This document shows, one piece after another, positions 1 to 13,058 of a DNA stretch of 64,000 bases (position 1 is its first letter; every line of letters starts with the position of its first letter). Origin of the DNA: Takakia lepidozioides (lineage: Eukaryota > Plantae > Bryophyta); assembly GCA_030704615.1 (NCBI GenBank), contig CM060733.1, positions 39,370,001 through 39,434,000 on the forward strand. The letters run 5' to 3'. The notes under the pieces are model-generated. The model was not told the origin of the DNA, ran no database searches, and saw nothing but the letters and a program-made list of their open reading frames with translations. Position numbers and translations under genes: made by a program.

Positions 1-73
1 AATCTGTTTCTCTCAAACCCTTGCTCCGCATTCGCATCCGCCATCGCCATCGCCATCTCCTCCTCGGATCGGC

Positions 74-1290
74 CATCTCTGGTGCGCTTCTACCTCTCCT
101 GTTCTGGTAATGTACACTTGTTTTTCGGTTTTGGTGTTTGATCTTCTGGTGTTGGATTTTGGGGTGGAGAGCTGGATATGGAGTTTAGAGCTTGCGGAAT
201 TGTTATCATCAGAGGAGGTTTGGTTAGCTGCTTGGAGAGCCATTTGGAATAAGCGCTTGTTGTTAGTTCTTCTACATTTGTTTCCGGTTTTGGTGTTTGG
301 TCTTGTGTTGCTGGATTCTCGAGTGGAGAGCTGGATGTGGATTTTAGAGCTTGCGGAATTGTTATCAGGAGAGAGGAGTGGTTTGGTTAGCTGCTTGGAA
401 AGCCATTTGGAATAAGCGCTTGTTGTTAGCTTTTCTACATTTGTTTCCGATTTTGGTGTTTGTCTTGTGTTGCTGGATTCTGGAGTGGAGAGCTGGATGT
501 GGATGTTAGATCTTGTGGAATTGTTATCGGAGAGGAGTAGGTTAGTTAGCTGCTTGAAGAGCCTTTTAGAATCAACGTTTTGGTGTTAGTTCTTGTACAT
601 TTGTTTTTGTCGTTGGTGTTTGATCTTCTGTTGTTGGATTTTGGAGCAGAGAGCTGGATATGGATGTTAGAGCTTGCGAAATTGATATCGGGAGAGGAGT
701 AGGTTTGTTCGCTGCTTGAGGAGTCATTTAGAGTCCTCCTTTTGGTGTTAGTTCTTTGACATTTGCTTCCGTCTTTGGTGTCTGGTTGGGAGAACTTGCA
801 TAATTTAAGTCGGGAGAGGAGTAGGTCTGCTTGAAGAGTCATCGCCTTCACCTGCACAGATCAGCCATCTCTGGTGCGGTTCTTTCTCTCTTTGTTCTGG
901 TAATGTACACTTGTTTTCTGATCGTGGTGTTTGATCTTCTATTGTTGGATTTTGGAGAGGATAGCTGGATATGGATGGGTAGAGCTTGCACAATTGATAT
1001 GGGAAGAGTACGGAGTAGGTTTGTTAGCTGCTTCAGGAGTCATTTAGAGTCCACGTTTCGGTGTGAGTTCTTCGACATTTGCTGCTGTCTTTGGTGTCTG
1101 GTCCTGGATTCTTGGATTTGAAAACCGGATTTGGATTTGAGAACGTGCGCAATTTTATGTCGGGAGAGGAGAAGGTTTGTCATCTGCTTGAAGAGCTGTT
1201 TGGAGTCGACTTTTGTTGTGAAGTTGGTTCTTCGCCGATTTTTCCGTCTTTAGTGTTTGGTCTTGAGTTGTTGGAAAATACTTAAGTTGT
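74..1290. repeat. Degenerate ~160-bp tandem repeat (satellite-like), about 7-8 units
   Basis: The motif GCTGGAT..G recurs at 171, 330, 492, 653 and 964 (spacings 159, 162, 161, 311). The block CATCTCTGGTGCG...GGTAATGTACACTTG occurs at ~74 and again at ~867. No consistent reading frame. Confidence 0.85.
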
Positions 1291-2779
1291 TGGATTTACC
1301 TGGATTACTTGTTGGTTGTGCATCTAAACGTTTATCAGTTCGCCTTAGATAATACTTCCCTGTCAAGGTGCAAACATTACATAGCATGTAACTATTTCTC
1401 TATGGATTTTAGTGTCATAAATTACGACATACAACATCCTATTTATCACACACACACAAAGTTGGACAAAACTCAAAATTAGAGATTGAAAAGCTCCTTT
1501 GGTACATAGCGGCATTACCTTGGATGGATAGACATTTGCATGCACAGGCATGCAGGGACGCATACAGGTTTGTAAAGGTGGGCCTGTTATGCATGTGAAA
1601 TGGGTTTGTCCCAATACTTGCAGTGCTCACTGTATATTTTTGTTGTTTTGTTTTGTTTTGTTGGGTCAGCCAAGACCAGATCGATCTGGGCATCTTTAGT
1701 ATAAAGCTTGTGTAAGGCAAATCAAGAAAATGAGGGCCTCAACATACTTGTTTCACAAGGGACCTTGTCATATCATCTCAAAAGGAAGACCTCCATCAAG
1801 TTAGCATGCAAAGAGTCGCAGCAAGAGAGTACAGTTCCACTTGGAAGCTGTATTTGAAGGGTTATCACTTTCTACTTGAGCCCAGTTTTCATCTTTTACT
1901 TTTTATGTTTTGTTTTACAGATCTGCAAAGTCATGCACTTCCGATCAGAGGGACATGAGATGAGATTAATGCCGTTGAACCTTAGTGGTTATATGGCAGA
2001 GGTCTTGTCTCCTATCCTGGGTTATTGCTTAGGTGTCCTTGCTTAGGTCCAGCAAAGTATATTTCTGCGAAATGCAGAGAAGTTCTCTGTGGGTGATCTC
2101 TGCAGGGAGAGATCTTACTTTATCTAAAACCATGGGTTAGTCATATCCGATAAAGAGCAGCCAACCTCTTTTGGAGTAAAGACAGTTGTCACTTGTCACC
2201 CCCAGTGCCTACTTGACGCTGATCCTGATTGAATTTCTAGCTTGTACGACACCTCAAAACAAGACGCACTGTTTGTTGCTCCCCAATTCACAAGTAGTGT
2301 ACTGTAAGCCTCAAGGGAATATTGTTCTAACCAAAAGATGAATTATGCCCAATATGATTGGATCATGAGTTCGTTGATTGTTAGTTGGAAATAATCCGTC
2401 AAGCCGCTTGATATTGACGCAATCACTCCAAGAAGATGACAAGATTCCAGCTTTAGGTATTCTCATCACTGGCTTCTTAGTAAGGCTTGCAAAGTCTTCA
2501 GGCTTGCCTATTGTAGACTTTTTCGTACCAGTACATTATTCTTCAGTGGCAGCTATGCTGAACAGGTTTCCTGTAAATTGGTCTCAGGTCTTTGGTCTTG
2601 TCATGATTTCTGCTTGCCGTTGAGTTACCTTTGGGGAGGCTGTTTCTAAGTCAGCTTGGACGTCTTCAATTGAGTTTCTGTACTGCCTTCCTGTGTGTAT
2701 TCCATGAGGGCTTTCTTTGTGTCTGCTCTTAACAAGAGACAAGCTGACAAGTACAGAGATTGTACAATAGCCTTGTAGC

Positions 2780-3300
2780 CTTGTGGTCATAGACCCCACT
2801 CCCAGTTTGGGTGGAACAAGAGGGAACAGACAACAGACACTACCTTTGTGAGGGCCTCACTCCAGTAGAGAGACTTGACCTTTGATATAAACAGTTGGTT
2901 CAGGCTTTCCAGATTTCCCTTGGAAACCCCCTCACACAGCCATCAATCTGGCATGTGTAAGCTGCCCAACATTGGACCCCAACAGGGCCAGGTCTTTAGG
3001 CTCAGCTTGGTGAACAGAGGTCCAGGGACTACGCTTATTAGTCCTAGAGAAGGTTGCTCTCTGATGAAAATATCCACACAATGTTATGTCACCTTCATTT
3101 CTCTCTGTATTTTATGCCCAAAACAATTACCCCAACAGGGTCTTTAGGCTCAGCTCTATTTTGAAAGTTGGTGAACAGAGGTCCAGGGACTACGTTCTTA
3201 ATGGTCCTGGAGAGGGTTGCTCTCTGATGAAAATATCCACACAATGTCATCTCACACTCACCTTCATTTCTATCTGTATTTTATGGCCCAAAACAATTAC
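2780..3300. repeat. Dispersed ~290-bp repeat (unclassified; SINE-, LTR- or MITE-like) with a partial tandem duplication of its 3' part
   Basis: TTGTGGTCATAGACCCCAC...GAACAAGAGGGAACA...CTACCTTTGTGAGGG...GTGAACAGAGGTCCAGGGACTA is colinear with 52748-53045. Segment ~2985-3135 is repeated at ~3135-3300. Confidence 0.75.
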
Positions 3301-4737
3301 AACTCTTGACGTAAGTGCAAAAAGCCAATCGCTGACAGTTCCTTCAGGCTTCCACCCATTTCAACAGCTTCAGTCCAAGCAAGATTCCTCCAGATCAGGA
3401 TCCAGAGCTTCTTCTTGTCTGACTTCCAGTTCAATTTCACAAAGATAATACTTGTAGAAAGGAGATTAGTCTTGGAAGTGATATCCATTGGGGGACACAG
3501 GCATATGCCACAATATTAACAAACTCTGGTAACAACTCGTTACTGCTTTTCAAGTGAAAACTAACACACCATCCATGGCTTCCAGGCTGTCCTGAAGGGT
3601 ACAGACAAAAAGAATATGTAGCTTATAAGCTACAACTCATTCTCAAAGTAATCATTTCCTCCACGAGCTGCATTATCTCGGTGTATGAGACACTTACTGA
3701 ACATGTGACTTTCCTCTATACAAGTTTGTCCTGGACATACAGCAACATCTTCGTGTGATCAGAGACTGTACTGAAATGTCACCACAGTTGATCTCATCAG
3801 GACTCTAATGACAAGCTACTGTGAATTATGCAGAAAATCCCCCCTTCAGCCCTGCTACTGCTTTCCAAGAACTCCACGGAGGGCACCAGATGAAAGAAAA
3901 AGCTTTTTCACTTTTTCTCTAACTACCTCCGTCCCTGATATATTCAAGCATTTCCACAAATCCCAAACCAGATTGGGACAATAGACAGACAGTACGAATT
4001 GAAGTTCAACCTTTTCACTCATCAACTTTTTCACTTCTACCTGAATTTTTGAATGCAGTCAAGTCTGTGTGACTTGCGCATCATTCTAACCCCCAGCAAC
4101 CTCCTAAAAACAGACTTGGGGAGAAATTTTGACCCTAACTGCATGAAGCCGAGTGAAGAGAAACCTCAGGTGCCCCAAGACTTGAATAATTGTAGATACT
4201 AGTTCCATCATCATCGATTGTAATCGAAGCCTTAAATGCAGACTCCTGCCAATCTTTCAGTTTGTAATCTCACTAGTTAATCACATCATGATTTGTTCAA
4301 TTTACAATACATTGTTGTGGTTGCTGCACAATAGCTCAATATAAACACCAACACAAGCATAAACTTCTGTTGTGCCACTATCTTTCATACAGACTTGCAA
4401 CAGATTATGTTACTTCTTGTACTAGTACACAACTGTGTTATTTAGAATCAATTGTTAGTGACGGGATGTATTGAGCAGATTGTCATTAGAATCTTGGCAA
4501 TACTCCAACACTCTTATGTGACTCTTTCATTAATCTTATTCAGATCTCCATTTGGGTTGATCATGTCCCAAATTATTAAGAGAAGCAAAGAAAAATGCTT
4601 GCCAAGTGAATTATCCATCAGCTGATATTGGGCAACTACTTCCGTTCTCCGTGAAGCATCTTGCTCCCTTCCCCTTCAGATTCTACAGCCCTCACGATGT
4701 AGAGAGGCCTAAGGGAAAGCAAGGGAGAACCGTTTGG

Positions 4738-7089
4738 CTAGTGCACAGCTAACAATGGATCTGATTGGTCGTCTGTATAGCAGTCTGCAATGTCGTCTGT
4801 GTCGCGCACAATTATCCGGGATGGAAGAATGATGGCAGCAATAGGCAGGTGATCAAGACCCCCACTCTCATCAATTATGAGACGATGTCTTTCAACATGT
4901 AGATGGCCATGGTGTCCACTAACCACCAGCACTCCTTTTTGAGCCAACTCCTGAAACCACAAGTTCCCAAAACAGGGCATCTCATAATCCAAAGATCTGG
5001 CTACACCTGCATTTGAATCATCACAAAGAGAGACAGCCACAGAGAGGATGGGGGGGGGGGGATCTGCTGGACTTACATGAGGTGTATTCCAGACATTTTT
5101 CCGGCCAGAAAGTGGTTCCAAGCGGGGGGCTGTCACGTCGCGTCGGCGCAATAAGTCTAACTGGGTGTCGATGGGCTTTGACTCCTCCAGCCCCGCATGA
5201 ACTGCAATCAATCTACTGTAGCTTGTCTCTGGGTCCCCTGTTTCCACCCCCTCCTGCCCAGCCCATGAAATAATTTGAGATTGCAGGAAAACAAAGACTT
5301 AAGCAACTCAGATGTTGCAATATAGATGCATCACCGACAACATCCCAAACAGGTGGTATCTTGGAATCGAATCAGCATACTTGCTAGAGGAGCTTTATTG
5401 CAGCTGGCCTCAAACAAGAATGTGACAGCAAACAGACAACTGACAAATGAAAGCATTATAGAAAGAGGGGAAGTAAGACACTACCTGTTCATGCACCCAC
5501 ACTAGGTTCCTCAAAAACTCTTTGTGGGTCTCAGGGACGGCGGCGATCAAACCTGCCATCACAGCCCCTCTGTTTTGAACCTCTGAATCACATGAGATGA
5601 TAGTTGAATCTAACCACCATACGTGGATGGCATTGAACTATGCTCTTGTGGCATATATCTATTGTCAGACAGAGAAAACAACAATTTCAACATCCTGCCC
5701 TCAATTTCCTTCCCCATCAGATCCCCCTTCCTCTGACATGCCATCTGGGGTCTCTCCTTTTTGGTCTCTCTCTGTGGTTCTTTGGGCATTGTTTCATGTT
5801 TTTAAAGTCATTTCTCGTCATTGTATCCTGTCCCATGGGCCCCTTGGTAGGGCTGTTACATAGTTCCCTTCTATCTTCTCTTGTGGTGCCAAATGGACAG
5901 GGACAAGAGAGAACAAACCAGCATGGTCACCATGACGAACACCATAGGATTCAAAAGTAGGGGAAGCATCATAAATGGAGCCCTGATATACAGCGCCCTT
6001 GACAACATTGAACTGCACTTTGCTGGTGCCTGCCCACCGCCGCCCCTGCATGCACGCCCTGCCATTGTTTGTGAGAAAGTTTCTTCAGTGCTTCAGTTCC
6101 TTCCAGTCTTTAAGTCCGTTGCTCTGCCCACACATTTTCCTCCAAATTTCGAAGAAATGGTCGAATATGGGTAAAAGACATAGCTTACTATTCCAACATG
6201 GATCCCAAGCATACACTCAAACTGAGGTTTGTGGTTATTTGGTTCCAATCTAAATCCAACACTATCTCTCTGTTTTTGTCCGGTGCCTCAACTACTGTGC
6301 TATTCTGTTCAAGTCTACGTGTCAATGTATCCCAAGTCTTCATGTGGCCACCTTGTTACTATGAAGTGGGACTACTCCAAGACTGAACTGATTGTCTGCT
6401 CAGTCTGCCTCTACTGGTGGGTGAAAAACCCACAACTAGCTCTCGGTTGGATTTCATTATCCTTCTGTATTACTCCATCTTCACACGGCAATTTACAGCT
6501 GTTTGTTGTTGCTTGTGTGGTTGCTAGTCTTGTCCCATAAGCTCTTTCTGGATGGTGTAAAGCTCCTATCTCCCCCCCTCTAAAATTCCTTTGGGTTCCA
6601 TAATTGACATGAAAATCCCACCTAGACTGTCTTACGTCTGGCAATGTGGGAGCGAGATTGGGCATCAAAGATTTTGTCAAATTGATAGGGAAAGGACGAA
6701 TAGTTGACCTGAACATGGACGTCCTCCTCGCCCTCACCGCTCCACCACCCCTCTCTCTCTTCACTGTGCTTGAATTCCTCCCAAGTTTTCCTGTAGGAGA
6801 AACCCTGCGGGGGGGGAGGCAACGCCCCTAAAAATGCTGCAAATGCGAAGTCATGGTTTCCACATAAGAACACGTGGGTTTGCTCGGGGTACCTTCGAGG
6901 GAAACTTATGAGAAATTCTATAACTTGCGCAGTCTCTGGCCCCCTGTCATTATAATCCCCCAGGAAAATCACAGTGCACTTTTTGAATGCCGCTGATCCA
7001 ATTTTGAGCTCCAGATTTTTCCAGAGATTACAGAGGCGCTGCGCATGGCCGTGTAAGTCCCCCACACATATTGTTATTTGTTCCGCCAT
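4738..7089 (-). CDS. RLPH2: Rhizobiales-like metallophosphoesterase (RLPH-type PPP-family phosphatase), ~321 aa, 5 exons: 7089-6709, 6045-5919, 5552-5485, 5253-5077, 4950-4738
   Basis: Metallophosphoesterase motifs GDLHG, GDYNDRG, GNHD, VHAG, SGHHG and IIDESGG. RLPH-like QGRRWAG...SIYDA..TFESYG...VWVHE. All junctions are GT-AG with matching phases. RLPH1 versus RLPH2 cannot be resolved by eye. Confidence 0.9.
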
Positions 7090-7589
7090 TCCCGCTGTCC
7101 TGTAACTCTCTCGCTCTCGCTCTCGCTCTCTCTAACAAGCGCGCGAGGAAGGCGACCCGGATAGGCGGATGGCCGCGTTGAATGTGTTATTCATCGTCAT
7201 CCAGAGCTTGTCGTCATCTGCATCACCCACATGTATCGGAGTGTGTTCTCCATAATGACAACCAGCAACAGCTCACCTTGAATGCTCAGGAATTCAAAGC
7301 TTGTGACTACATGAACTGTGGACCTTTGCCACTGAGCGCATGAACAAGTTCATAACCTTCTGCCGATCATCTTGTAGTTACCTCTATTCTCGCCGTCTTT
7401 TGAACTGTTTGTCCTACAAGAACCCAGGAGGCATGTGAAGCGTGTATAGTGCCCCCTCCCTGCAGATGTGGAGGGCTCATCAGTGCCTCATTTGCTATTG
7501 AGAGAGTCTGAGTTTACATAGTCCTCTATATAGATGGTTTGCGTGCCATGGGGATGTCGTTCTAGCCTACCCCACTAGAGTGGATCGCT

Positions 7590-8011
7590 ATCTCGTGCAG
7601 CTACCACACAACGCACTGGGCAAGGTAACCACTATCGCAGCTCTGGCCAAGGAGAGCGACTACAGCGATCGATCGAGACATTTGGCTCATTGCAAAGGCA
7701 CCCTGGCTGTCGCCTACCCCACTCGAGGGCTCGCGGCACTGCGGGCACGCAGCTCACGCCATGGAGCGCGACTACAGCGATTGAGATATTTGGCTCAGCT
7801 CACGCCATGGAGCGCGACTACAGCGATTGAGATATTTGGCTCATTGCACATGCACTTTCGACAATTTCATGCAGACATGTGCACATTGTGCAACCAAGAG
7901 CGGGTCCATTGGCATCCAGCATGCCTCCGTCCTTGTCGCCTACTATGGATAGCGTCAATTGCTTTGCCACACATGGGTGCTGAAAAGAGTGGCAATCCTG
8001 ATGTACCCACA
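7590..8011 (+). mobile_element. Rearranged remnant of a CRE-type non-LTR retrotransposon (endonuclease region)
   Basis: GACTACAGCGATTG...ATATTTGGCTCATTGCAC...CCAAGAGCGGGTCCA..GGCATCC...CTCCGTCCTTGTCGCCTACTAT matches the reverse complement of ~59670-59880. Translates as AKESDYSD / AIEIFGSLH. Confidence 0.8.
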
Positions 8012-8331
8012 TCAAAAAACACCCCAATATTGAAGATGTATCTCCACTAGTTACTAAGTACATGTGATACTAAATTTTTAATGTAATGAATATGTTGATG
8101 TCAAATACAAACCTAAAAGCACTAAAAGAGGTGCAATAAATGTCAATGTCATGGCAAAGTTTAAGAGATTAGGCTAGACATTGTACATTGGAGGTGTAAT
8201 TTATAGTTATATATTTTAAAATATTATATAATTATCTTGGTGGTATATCAGTCACTGAAGCGGAATGATGAAATGCATACACCCAAAGCTTGGAGATATT
8301 GGAGCTGCTATAAATAAAGTGGACTTGTAAA

Positions 8332-8658
8332 CCTCTCATTTTAAGATAATAGGGTCTTCAATGGCATGTGCGATGTGGCCGGTGGGCCCCGCGCACAGAC
8401 GCCCGGCTCCCCAGCACCCCGCCCGCCCCGCCCGCCGCTGCGCGCGGTCGCCTAGCCGCGGGCGCGGCTGCAGCAACCGCACCCGCGCCCCCGTCCGCCG
8501 CGCGGCCAGTCCGCCGCCTATGAGTCCGCTACTGCCCAGCAGTCTGCCAGTCTGCCGGCCAGTCCGCTGGCCAGTCCCCTGCCACCAGTCCGCTGACGGC
8601 GCAGGATCGCCACCGTCCATTCCCATAATCCATCCGAGCCCTCCATTTTTAGGGCTGC
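8332..8658 (+). repeat. MULE left terminal inverted repeat (~330 bp)
   Basis: Reverse complement of 20629-20991. Contains 12-bp CAGTCYGC subrepeats. Confidence 0.92.
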
Positions 8659-8802
8659 AATTCAAACCTGCATCCCTGCCGCCTGCCACTTGCCAGCAGC
8701 CGCGAACGTGCGCACTGTTCTCCTGGCACGTTGTCGATCGTGTCCTGTACTGCGGCGCGTTTCTTGCATGTTCAGAAGCGTGTCCTTTGTACTGTATAGG
8801 GC

Positions 8803-11800
8803 ATGGACGTGGAAGCAAAACCCGATGATATACTGATCACGGAAAGCCCACTTATACGGCCTCTTCGACAATGTTTGCAAACAGCAAAACCAGGACCCTT
8901 CAACAGGAAGGATCTCCATTAGAAGAGTGAGACGCAATATGGGTTTATGGGTGTGCGAGTGAATGTTGAAAAGGCCTGCATACCTTGGGATAGAGTTGGT
9001 GACTTCGTCCTGGGAGAGGAGAGTTTGGAGGACTACCCCACTCAGTTTTGGGTGAATGTCCATTCTAAAGTGGAACCCGACTCGCGAAAAGCACCCAGAG
9101 CCAACACATTTCTGTCCAATATTATGTGTGCACCATCCTCAGTCCTTTTGACGTTTCATTGCATGTTTGTTGCCATTTTTTGTTTCACGAGTTCTCTGAT
9201 TTTATGCTTCCTCAAGTCGTTGGATATCGATTTTAGAATTTTTTGTCCAGGTATCAATGCTGCTACGGTCCTGATGACAAGCGCACCAACAAGGCAATAG
9301 TGGAGGATCCAAAACAAAAGCGTGGAGGACCTCTTGTGGGTGCTGGAACATCTTGCCCTCATAAAGGCCCAAGGAGAAAGAAGTCGGAGTATGGAGAGTC
9401 TTACAAACGTGGTTGCCAATGCTGTTTCAAGGTCCAGCAATGTTATCTCGCCCCTGACATCTGTGTCCTCACGTACTACAACAACATGGAGCATACAGAT
9501 GCGTGAGGGAAACCCTCGCATGGGAAGTCCGCAGAGTTCAGGAACACCCGCCACGCCTATGCACCACACATTAGCGAGGAATTGAAAGCCTGGGTCGTCG
9601 AGTGTTTGTGCCGAGGTCTGTCGGTCGCCCAAATCATGATGGAGCATAAAGAGCACGTGATGAACAACACCGGCTTGGGCGATGCATGGACCCGTGATGA
9701 TTTTGTTGGAGCAAGATGTTCGCAACCTTGCCGAGAAACGTGCGTGGCAAACCTTCAAAAAGCACGCCGATGATGCAGAGAGTGTGCGCATGTGGAGAGA
9801 CCAGAATCCTGCATCCGTTTTTTTCTATCAAGAGGAGAAATTAGAGCCAACATTCGAGCATTTTGATGGAGATTTGACATTCACTATTGGCATACAGACT
9901 CCGTGGCAGAAACGACGAATGCTGGAACTAGGACATGACCGTATCGTTGCATGTGATGCAACCTTTGGGACAAATCATGACAAGGTACTATTCGAACAAT
10001 TCCATGGACTTGTACGAGCATGATAGCATAGTACCATGCAACATTCACATAAAATTTGGTGTGCTGACCCTTTCTGTATGTTTTCATGTGTACGTTGCGG
10101 AAGACCGAGTGACAGACCCATTGTGAACCGCTGCAGACCTCATCACTCTTATGAAGTCTTCTCGTGTAGAACTGAGCGGAATTTGCATGCTCTGACCATT
10201 TTACATTGTGCATTCCAACAGTTCTCATTGTACACGTTGATGGTCTTCGACGAGTGGTTGAACAGTATACCAGTTGTATATATCCTATCCACGAGGAATC
10301 GGACAAGAGACCTGGTTCCGTGGATGAGAGCCTTGCGCGATTCACTCCTCGCAGATTTGCCGAGCTGGCGACCCAATGCCTTCATTGTGGACGATGCCGA
10401 AGCAGAAATCAACGCTATTCGGTAAGTCTGTTGGTCCACAGCACCGGTTCATTGTCGAGGTCCACTGCAACAGTCCATTGCTACAGTCCACTGGTAGACT
10501 CCTGTGGCGAAACCCGATGGCAGTTCGCTGGGCAAATCCACTGGTAGTCCGCTGTCAAGTCCGCTCATCAGTCCCCTAGCAAGTCCGCTAGCAGTCCGCT
10601 GCCAAGTCCGCTGCCAAGTCCACTCAGAAGTCCCTGGGGTCAGCCGTCCGCTGCCAAGTCCACTCGGCAGTCCCTGGCAAGTCCGCTCGGCAATCCGCTG
10701 TGGCAGTCCAATGGGGCAGTCCGCTGATGCAGTCCGCTGCCCCAGTCCTAGCTAGGGGAAGTCCAATGGGGAAGTCCACTGGGTAGTCCAATGGGGTTAT
10801 TCCAGCACATCAACGTCATGGCATTGTACTGTCCACTGGGCGAGTCCAGTGGCTCTGCCCGCTGATACAGGTCGCTGTTACAGTCCACTCCGGCAGTCCA
10901 CCATTGCAGTCCGATCCAAGACTCTAATGTGTACCATGTGTGTTGTGCAGAATTGTTTTTGAAGGAGTACTCATTTTCCTCTGCCTTTGGCATGTCCGCA
11001 AGGCATGGGTGAAGCAATCATGCAAGAAAACGAAGGATCCGGTGACCGCTGTAAACTTGTTGAAGGATATGGGAGACCTCATGTACTGTAGAGGGGGACC
11101 ACGCAACGAGAAAAGAGCGCTTCGGTGGGTGCAAGGAGAATCCGTCGTATGAGGTCAAAATACCCGAAAGACATGAATTTCTTGACTATATCGAACAGTA
11201 CTGGAAGCCCAAAATAGCAATGTGGTGTACAGCAGCCCGCCATGTCCCTCATGCGAGCCAAGACACAAACGCAAGCATTGAGGCATACCATGGAAATCTG
11301 AAGGCAAGACTTGCCATGGGGAAAGGCAAGATGAGTGGTCGTAGAGTGGACTGGCTTATATGGGAACTCACTGGCCGTGTGCTAACACACTACTGGTACG
11401 CAATCCATTTTTGAAGACCCACGGGTTCATAAGAAATGACAAACACAAAAAGTACATATCCAGTTCTATACTTGCGGCACGAGACATTCATGCTGAGAGT
11501 GTTACTCTTCCCTTGGGTCCTGGTGAACCAGCCTACGTTCTCAGCAGCAACCACCCCGGCACAATATACATTGTTTACAATCCTGATTGCGATTGGGGTT
11601 GTTGCACGTGCCCATGGGCAATGAAGGGAAACTTATGCAAGCATCAGGTCCGTGTCCTGAAGATGCTTCACCCTGACTTGCAGGATGGCCTTCTTGTGCG
11701 CGTTTGTGGCACGGCGCTGGGAACCATTCATGGAGGATTACCTAACTTGCTCTTGGGCAATGGTGCCGACGGCAACGACGAATCCAATCAGTTCATGGAA

Positions 11801-12205
11801 AGACATCCTCCGGACGACTTCCCCTACGACGAAGCACCTCTGGAGGTCTCAGCCTCAATGGAACAAGAATTCGCGGACATACTTCGCATTGTAGGTGATG
11901 ACAAATACCTGGAGGCACATGCCCGATCTGCTCTTCATATGTGCAAAGGGCAGCTCGTTGATATCCTGGCGAAAAGTGCGGCTGGAATGTTGCACCTTGC
12001 GGCAGCGAAGGCTTTCCGTCCTCTGAACGACAACAACAACATGTCTCTAAAAAATAGACGAGATTTCGTGGAGGCCTGGAAAACCCGGCCTAGGGTTTTG
12101 CGGAGAACCAGCAAGAGGGTGTCTGCACCTGCACCTGCAACACATATATACTCAAAAATTCGCAAGGTTTCAGGTCGTGTAGATGTCACGAAGAAGACAA
12201 TATAA
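8803..12205 (+). pseudogene. MULE transposase with SWIM zinc finger (multi-exon, with stops and frameshifts)
   Basis: IPWDRVGDFVLGEE, CCYGPDD...KRGCQCCF, ACDATFGTN (D1), FIVDDAEAEINAI (D2), LCLWHVRKAW, TNASIEAYHGNLK (E), and SWIM CTCPWAMKGNLCKH. In-frame stops at ~8920 and ~9504. Confidence 0.9.
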
Positions 12206-12415
12206 GTCTGCAATGCCTCGAAAAGAGACAAGGTTTCACGTCGTGTAGGTGTCACGGAGAAGACAATATAAGTCTGCAATTCCTCGAAAAGAGACAAGGT
12301 TTCACGTCGTGTAGGTGTCACGAAGAAGACAATATAAATCTGCAATTCCTCGAAAAGAGACAAGGTTTCACGTCATGTAGGTGTCACGAAGAAGACAATA
12401 TAAGTCTGCAATTCC
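12163..12415. repeat. 66-bp tandem repeat, ~3.8 copies, overlapping the transposase 3' end
   Basis: CAAGGTTTCA.GTC.TGTAG.TGTCACG.AGAAGACAATATAA starts at 12163, 12229, 12295 and 12361. Confidence 0.95.
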
Positions 12416-13058
12416 TCTGGTAGCATTGTCCCTTTCTGAAATACAAGTCCGTAATGGACTAATGCACAGTCTCCCAACGGACTCCTCCAGTCTCCCAACT
12501 GACTCCCACACAGTCTCCCAAGCATAGTCTCCCAACGGACTCACGCACAGTCTCCCAACAGAGTCACAGTCAACAGACTGCCAGCGCCAGTAAGCCAGTC
12601 TACTGGTCAGTCTGCTGCCCACTCCAAAAGTCTGCTCACCACACTTCCACCTCATCCCTGCAACTCTTCCAGCAGGCTGCTGGACAGACTAAGTCTCAAG
12701 CAGACTCATCCACAACAGCAGACTCAAAATGGACAGGCTCCAGTGGACTACCTCCCTAACGACTTGTGCCAATCCAGCGTCCCAGCGGACTCATGGACAT
12801 GGTGCCTACCAGACTAGGTACCAGACCCACCAGTCCTAGCCTCGGCAGCGTACTGCTCGCACATTCAAGCTCAGCAGACTCGGGTGCACAGTGCATGGAA
12901 AAATTGACACCATTGTGTCCATTGAGTTTAGTGACAACATTACAAAACATGCCAGCACCCACAGTACACAAAAGTGCTCATCACCACTGGAATAGTAAGC
13001 GAAAAGACTCGCATTTTTTATTTCGGTACATAGACTTCACAGGACAAGTACATCATAC

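Noticed and set aside
2300-3500. Short ORFs, including KKLWILIWRN (faintly LINE-like)
   Set aside because: Too degenerate to assign.
8336-8828. GC-rich ORFs in the MULE TIRs (also 20479-21034)
   Set aside because: Low-complexity Arg/Pro/Gly/Ala translations of GC-rich inverted repeats, open on both strands.
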